Shown piece after piece: positions 58,099 to 64,000 of a stretch of DNA of 64,000 nucleotides (position 1 is its first letter; the number at the start of each line of letters is the position of its first letter). This stretch comes from Amoebophrya sp. A120 (Eukaryota > Protista > Dinoflagellata). Under the pieces are notes generated by a model that was not told where the DNA came from, did not search any database, and saw only the letters and a program-made list of their open reading frames with translations. A program made the translations under genes and the position numbers. The stretch lies in contig CAJINV010000001.1 in NCBI GenBank assembly GCA_905178155.1, positions 915,643-979,642 of the forward strand, in the 5' to 3' direction.

Positions 58099-61000
58099 TT
58101 ATGAAAAGAGATCTTTGCTTGTTCTGTATTCTTGCATGTCGCGAAAGTCGCCGTCGCAGATGCGATCCAATGTTTTCTCGAGTTCAGCTAGAGTGATGAC
58201 GCTCTTTCTTCGCTTTTTCTTGGGAACGCAAATGAGAATAAAGTCGTTGATGATAGAAGAAGTTCTTGCACTGGTCGCTGAACTATTTTTACCTCCTGGT
58301 TTGCTGTTGCGGTTACTTATTCCAGTCTGCTGTCGATTGTTCATCCCAAGGTTTTCCTTCTCCTGCTCCCTTTCCCTCGCCACGACGGATGGGTCCAATT
58401 CTGCACACAAGATTCGACTATTCGACTGCACCTTCTGCATTGCCTGCAGGTGCTTGCGCTTGAAGAGCCCGCTCGCCAGAAGCACGATCTGCGGCTGGTT
58501 TTGCGGATCGCCCGTTCCGATGGCAGGTAGGACCAAGTCGTTCAGGGCTCGACTTGTGGATATAACCACGTTCGTCTGCCGCTGGTCGCAAGAATTGTCG
58601 GCGTAGAAGGACGAGCTCGCAGTAGGTTTTGACCCAGAGCCCTGGCCGTTGGAATTACGAAGACCGCGATGATCTACCTCGTCGCCAGAAACACCACGTC
58701 CACGACTCGCAGTTGTCGTAGAAGTGGCGTCGTTATTTCTAGTACTTCCGGCATTGTTTATTATCTCACCAGATCCAGAAGAGGATGTGTTACTAAAGTC
58801 TCTGCGCTGTTCCTGCGAAGTCGAAGCTGTACTAGACCCACTGCTTGTCGGCACTCGCTGCAGATCCCCGTCCTGCTGGCCTTCCCCACCCAGTCGCCGC
58901 CCGGGCTCCTTCTGCCACAACGGCGCGAGGAAAAGCAGGAAGAGGACCAGACCCTGCAACAAGGCGAACAATTTTGTAAAATCCCATTCGCCTGTGAACA
59001 GGAGCTCGATTAAGTAGCTGATAGTACCCTGTTGGAACACGAGATTGTAGAAAAACTTCGGATGGTAGAAAGCTGGCGGAGGCTCCAGCGAGTGCACACG
59101 AGGAGGAAGCTGGAACGAGTAGGAGGTACTAGCAGTGGAAGTGGTAGTGGCCCCACGGCCACCATTCTTCGTCCTCTGCAGGTCTTCCGATTGGAGCTGG
59201 GAAAAGAACATCGTGCAGGCGGTGACCAACTTGTCGATTTGCTGTTGCACCGAAAAAGAATTACGGGAGTAGTACCTGCTCGAATTATCTTCGTCCCGTA
59301 GGAGGAAGGACAAGTCACAACTCATGGAATAATTATCGTCTATCTGCTCTTTCGTTTTCATGTTGTTTTTGTCTTCACCAGCACCCGGTCGTAGCGGCGC
59401 CTCTATCTGCCACGAAGAGAAGGTTTCAGGACTGGACGACGCGTCCGCGGACGTGCTCTCTGCCGCATGATGTCCTCTACTAGTACTTGTTCTACTACGC
59501 TTGTTACTTCTATTTGCAGCGTCAAGACGAGCTGCAGGTGCTTTCACGGAGAACAGCGTGTGTGTTTTCGCCACTTCGGACACTCCTTCGTCGAGCACGA
59601 CGCAACGCTTGATCACCTCTCTGCGCCGCAATTTCCGACAGGCGCCAGTCAGCACCTTGAGAACTAGCTCGGGCGTTGTAGTGCTGGAGGATTGATGAGG
59701 TTTTTGTGTCTTAGTACTGCTGCTCGGGTGGTCTTGAGCACCTCGGTCCGGTGGTGAGGGTGTACCTGTACTATCTGGCGCAATATTAGAAGGAAAGTTG
59801 TTGAACACCGAGCTGGCAATGCCCAAAAACCGCTCCCCGTCGAGCTGTTTCAGATTCCCGCTTTCCGCATCGAGGCCCACGATGGGCCTCTCCTTCACGA
59901 CCGCGCCGAGGCGCTTCCCGAGCCCGGACAGGTCCCAGTCCACGCCGTTCGCCTCGGTTTCCAAGGGCACCACGGCCACCGCGTTCTCGGGGGTCGCGCT
60001 GAAAGGATCGAAGACGAACACCTGGTTCGTGGCGGACAGCGCGTCTTGCCGCGCGGCGGCGTCTTCGTACGGTTTTTTCTTTTTCAGGTTGCGCAACTTC
60101 CGCGACACCTCGAAGTGCTCCCGTCCGGAGGGGTAGGGAAATCGGGGGGAAAACAGCGCCAGCAGACCCAGCGCGGCAAACACGGGGTGCAGCAGGTTTT
60201 CGTAGACTGCGTCCATGTCCACGCCTGGCGGAAACAGCGTTCGCACCACGTATTTTCCGCCCGGCGGGGAAGGTTGTGCAGCTACATCTTTGCTAGTGCT
60301 ACTAACCGTTAGGAAAGTGTGCAGCGAGAGGCTCAGCTGCGGGGGAAGGGCGAACACCAAGCGGAGTTGCGTCGACCCACCCGGATGGTACCGCTGCAAC
60401 ATTTCCAGGTCCCCAGCGGTGAACAGTGTGGCGCCCTGCTGGAAGTCGATTTGTGGTACTGGGAAAAATGAACCGGCGGTCGCGTGACCACTTCTAGTTG
60501 CACTACTACTACCCGTTGCAGCCGCTCCAGCACCTGTCCCGAGCTTCACGACCTTCTCCGCGGCAAACCGCTGCAAGCGCTGCTCCAGCTGCAGTTGCTG
60601 GCCGCTGAGCTGGTAGTCGACAAATTCTACGCGCCGGTTGTCGTAGTAGAAGACCAGGGCGGGGTACCTCCGGACCCGCAACAAGTCTTGCGTGATTTCG
60701 TCCTGCGAGCGAAAGATGTCCACGTGAAACAACTCGAGAAAGTTTTTCGCGTTACCACTACCGCCGTCTTTCGGAAACAGTTTGCGCATCCAGGGCCCAT
60801 ACAGTTGGCGGAAGGCACCGTAGACGTGAAAAAGCAACAGTTTGTTCGGCGCGTGGAGTTTGTCGTCCAGCTCCCCCATGTGACGCACGCGGGTGCCCGG
60901 AAAATCGTTCGCGCTGCCGCCCGACCCGCCGAACCCGCCAAAGGGACCGCCGAACCCGCCAAAGGGACCGCCTGCGGGAAAAGAACGACGTTTTTTAGTT

Positions 61001-61733
61001 TGTCGTATATTCACAGAGGAACGAAAGCCATGTGGCAGGAGCTCATGGTAATTTTCCACCTGGTACTGCTACGTGATCAAGCAGCAGTAGTAGACGAGAG
61101 GGCAGGAGCACTTTACCACCGATGCGATTTATCTCGCACAACGTGCCTTCAGAAGCTCATCCTCAATCTATGCAAAAAATGCACATTAGAAAATATACGA
61201 AAAAAAACCTACTTACCTCCACCTCCAAAGTGAAAGTGAAACCCGCCCGGCCCTCCGAAGGGGTGGTGGAAGCCGCCCGGACGACCGCCCGGTCCGCCCT
61301 GCTGCCCATGATGGCTCGGTCCAGAACTACCGTGCAGTTCGTTGTCATCATACAGCTTTCGCTTCTGCGGATCGGACAAAATTTCGTAGGCCTCCGCGAT
61401 CTCCTTGAACTTTTCCGCCGCGGCCTGGTCGTCGGGGTCGTTTTTGTCTGGGTGGTACTTCATCGCCAACTTTCGGTACGACTTCTTGATCTCTGAAACA
61501 TCCGCCTTCTCGTTCACTTCCAGGACGTCGTAAAAGCTCTTCGCCAGTACAGCCCTCCAGAGGGTCGTCGTGTGGTCTACGTGGGCGAGAAGCGCGGTCG
61601 TGCAGAGAAAGGCTACTGCCCGTCGAAGGACGCATGATCCCTCCGTTAGTACGCGGGGCAACGCCCGTGGCAGCGGGGTCGGCTTTTCTTGTGCCCGGGC
61701 CCAGGAGCTCCGGCTGTGTCGTCGTGCGAACAT
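58099..61733 (-). CDS. DnaJ (Hsp40) J-domain protein with G/F-rich linker, thioredoxin-like segment and a TM helix (ER DNAJC16-like architecture)
   Basis: SFYDVLEV...[17 protein letters not shown]...[21 protein letters not shown]; GT-AG intron 60972-61216 joins in frame to GGPFGGFGG; hydrophobic [19 protein letters not shown]. Confidence 0.85.
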
Positions 61734-62457
61734 TATTTATTGTTGAAGCGAAAAAATATTGAGCGGTAGCATGATACAGCATGCCAAGGGTTCATGCGTA
61801 ATTCTCTTTCAAAATCTGAACAATACGAGCAACTTTTCATCAGGAACATCTACATCAATTCAACGCTTAGAATTGCGGGTACCAAGCAGAGCTGTACTTG
61901 GCTTCTACACGAAATGAAACAAAAACAATGAACGTGCAGGGAGCGAATAAAATAAACGCCATCAGGCGGCTGCTACTTATGCATACTGATCCACTGTGGC
62001 TAACTTTTCATTGACAGAACGACATCCATTTTCATTATTGATAGCTGAAGCTGTAATACGAGTACCAAATAAACGAAAGCTGTACATGACGTGCCAACGT
62101 CAAGATCAAATGCTGTGGAAATTCGTGCGTATGTTGACGGAACCTCATTGTGACCGTGGAAAAAACCTTCCTCCTCAGATCCTGGTCCTGAAAGTGATCT
62201 TTTCTTCTACTTATGCAGCTCGGAGTGCGAAACTGACGACTAGAAAGCAAGAATGGAAAAACGAATACGAAAACAGAAAACAAAATCCACATTGAGCGCC
62301 CCTCTGTGGCTTGTTCTAAAGGACGAGTCCGCACCTTCCGCAGTGTGAGTTCGTATTCGCGTTCGTAACTTGAAAGATTAGCAAAAGGCGCGTCTGTGTG
62401 TTCTTTATCCGTTGCATATATGCGTTTCTTTGTTTCTCCTACCACGAACATATGATT

Positions 62458-63450
62458 TTATCGCAAACCCGACCCTCCGGCACTCGCGGCCGCGAGCATC
62501 GAGTACGCTGCCAACATCCAGGCTTCGGGCTGCCGCGGCGCAATCTGCAGTGCGGAGATTGGTGGGTGCACCTGGTGCAAAAATTTTTCGTGGTCCAGCA
62601 GTTGTTCTTCTGACGCAACGGCCGTTTTGCTTCGTAATCGTACGCCTTCCGTTACGGGACTGGCAATTTTGTTAGCCGCCTCACCATCTTCCCTTTCCGG
62701 AAGATGCTCGACGATAACGGCGTAAAATGACTGGTCGCTCGTGTTTCGGTGACCGTGTGTTTTTTCTCCTCGTCCTCCCGCCACATGTTGTACCACCGGC
62801 GTAAACTTCCAGCCCAGTTGCCGCACGGCCCCGGTTTGTTCGTTCACGCACAGCAGCACGCTCCACTTGAAGCCGGGAAACCAGCTGTCGCGGGCCGACG
62901 ACTCGGGGCCGTCGAGCGCGAACAGGCCGTCTTGGTGGAGCAGCTCGCGGACCAGCAGAAGGCGGAAGGGAAGGGGGTCCTTGACAAGGTCGGGGGACTG
63001 CACAAACTCGTACACCGGAGCGCGGACTTCGGGGCCTGGAAAAATCGTAATTCGCGTAATTTATCTTCCTCGCTGGTGAACGCGTGCGGAGTAGACCAGA
63101 TCATTTTAGAACAAATCAAATGGAAACAAAAAATGATTTTAGGTAATAAAAATGAAGCCGGTTTTTATCATCTACATAAAAACCTCCGTTTTTGTACCGA
63201 AGCTCGTCGCGCTCTTCGGTAATTTCCCCGGCGTGATTCCCCTAATGGTGTTCGTCTGTAGGTTCGGCAAAACCGACAGCAGCACGTTATCTGGCCGCAA
63301 GTCGAACGGCGTCACGCACAGACCAGCATCTTGGGCAGGTGGGGCGGCGCTGCATTGGCCGGACCCATAGGTGTTGCCCGTTACCATCACTTCCGCGATT
63401 ACCCTCTGGGCGAAGAGCGTCAGGAAGAGAAGCTGGCAGAATAACGCCAT
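62458..63450 (-). CDS. Signal-peptide-bearing CULT (cereblon thalidomide-binding-like) domain protein
   Basis: MALFCQLLFLTLFAQRVIA signal-like start; GT-AG intron 63036-63197; DSWFPGFKWSVLLC...QLGWKFTP...SFYAVIV matches the CULT signature. Confidence 0.75.
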
Positions 63451-64000
63451 TTTCGCTTCGCTCGTTTCTTCAAGGAGTTTGGAAATTAACGCTCTTGTGC
63501 GTGAAGCGTACACAAAACGAAGGTGCGATCAATTTGTGCGTGCTGCCTACAAAGAGTTCAGATTTTCATACAAGTGTCGATGTCCATGTCAGTACGGGGG
63601 GAGAGGAGAAGACGCGGCTCGTCTTAGTGTAGTGTGGGGTCATGCTAATATAGTGCTTGTGTTCTATCCTGCGCTGACTAGTAATGAGAGCTGCTCGACG
63701 AAGAAGTGGATTTTCAAAACTTGGACTTGCCTTCTCATCCATAGGATACGGACTTTCGTGTGTGATCGAGCTGCTTTCGATTCCTTATCAGCTACAAGAG
63801 CTGCTTTTGATTCCTTTGGTAAGCAGCTACAAGAGTGATCATTCCGTATTGAATGTCAATTTTACCTTCCTCGATGTACAAGTGAAATTAGGATGAAAAG
63901 GTCATATTCATCACATGAAACCGAGGCGTGCGGTCTGCGGTGCGCTTGTACTAGTTACGAATCACCATTCAAGCAGCTGGACGAACCGAGAAGTCTCAGT

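Noticed and set aside
58099-61059. 986-aa ORF as a stand-alone gene or transposase
   Set aside because: Its first ~29 codons are intronic and it splices in frame to the J-domain exon; no DDE or reverse-transcriptase motif seen.
63768-63836. Small imperfect tandem duplications (also 33636-33678, 40932-41002)
   Set aside because: Ordinary slippage repeats with no further structure.

Overview
Eukaryotic, intron-rich DNA in which every gene I can reconstruct lies on the minus strand. The organisation resembles Amoebophrya-like syndinian dinoflagellates (inferred, not proven). Recognisable genes: RPA2, a TRPM-type SLOG/LSDAT protein fused to two SLATT-like 2TM modules, a PhyH-family dioxygenase plus a 5' partial duplicate, condensin II CAP-G2, a DnaJ/thioredoxin-like protein, a signal-peptide CULT (cereblon-like) protein, a PDZ-containing protein and several hypotheticals. 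The dominant feature is about 40 short (115-330 bp) transposon-like 'introner' insertions from at least 8 families with different terminal inverted repeats (TIRs). They share one grammar: TAT...ATA termini (rarely TGT or GTA), a 5-bp target-site duplication (TSD), 25-50 bp TIRs and many copies of an internal GCATNACA/TGTNATGC motif. Removing the element plus one TSD copy restores the reading frame and conserved protein motifs in nearly every coding case checked (43195 is an exception), usually with no GT-AG register, and close copies sit in either orientation relative to the host gene. Three introners carry nested insertions (a TTA-TSD MITE, a tailed retroposon fragment, a possible Helitron). 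All coordinates were read by eye; exon limits are ambiguous within the 5-bp TSDs.
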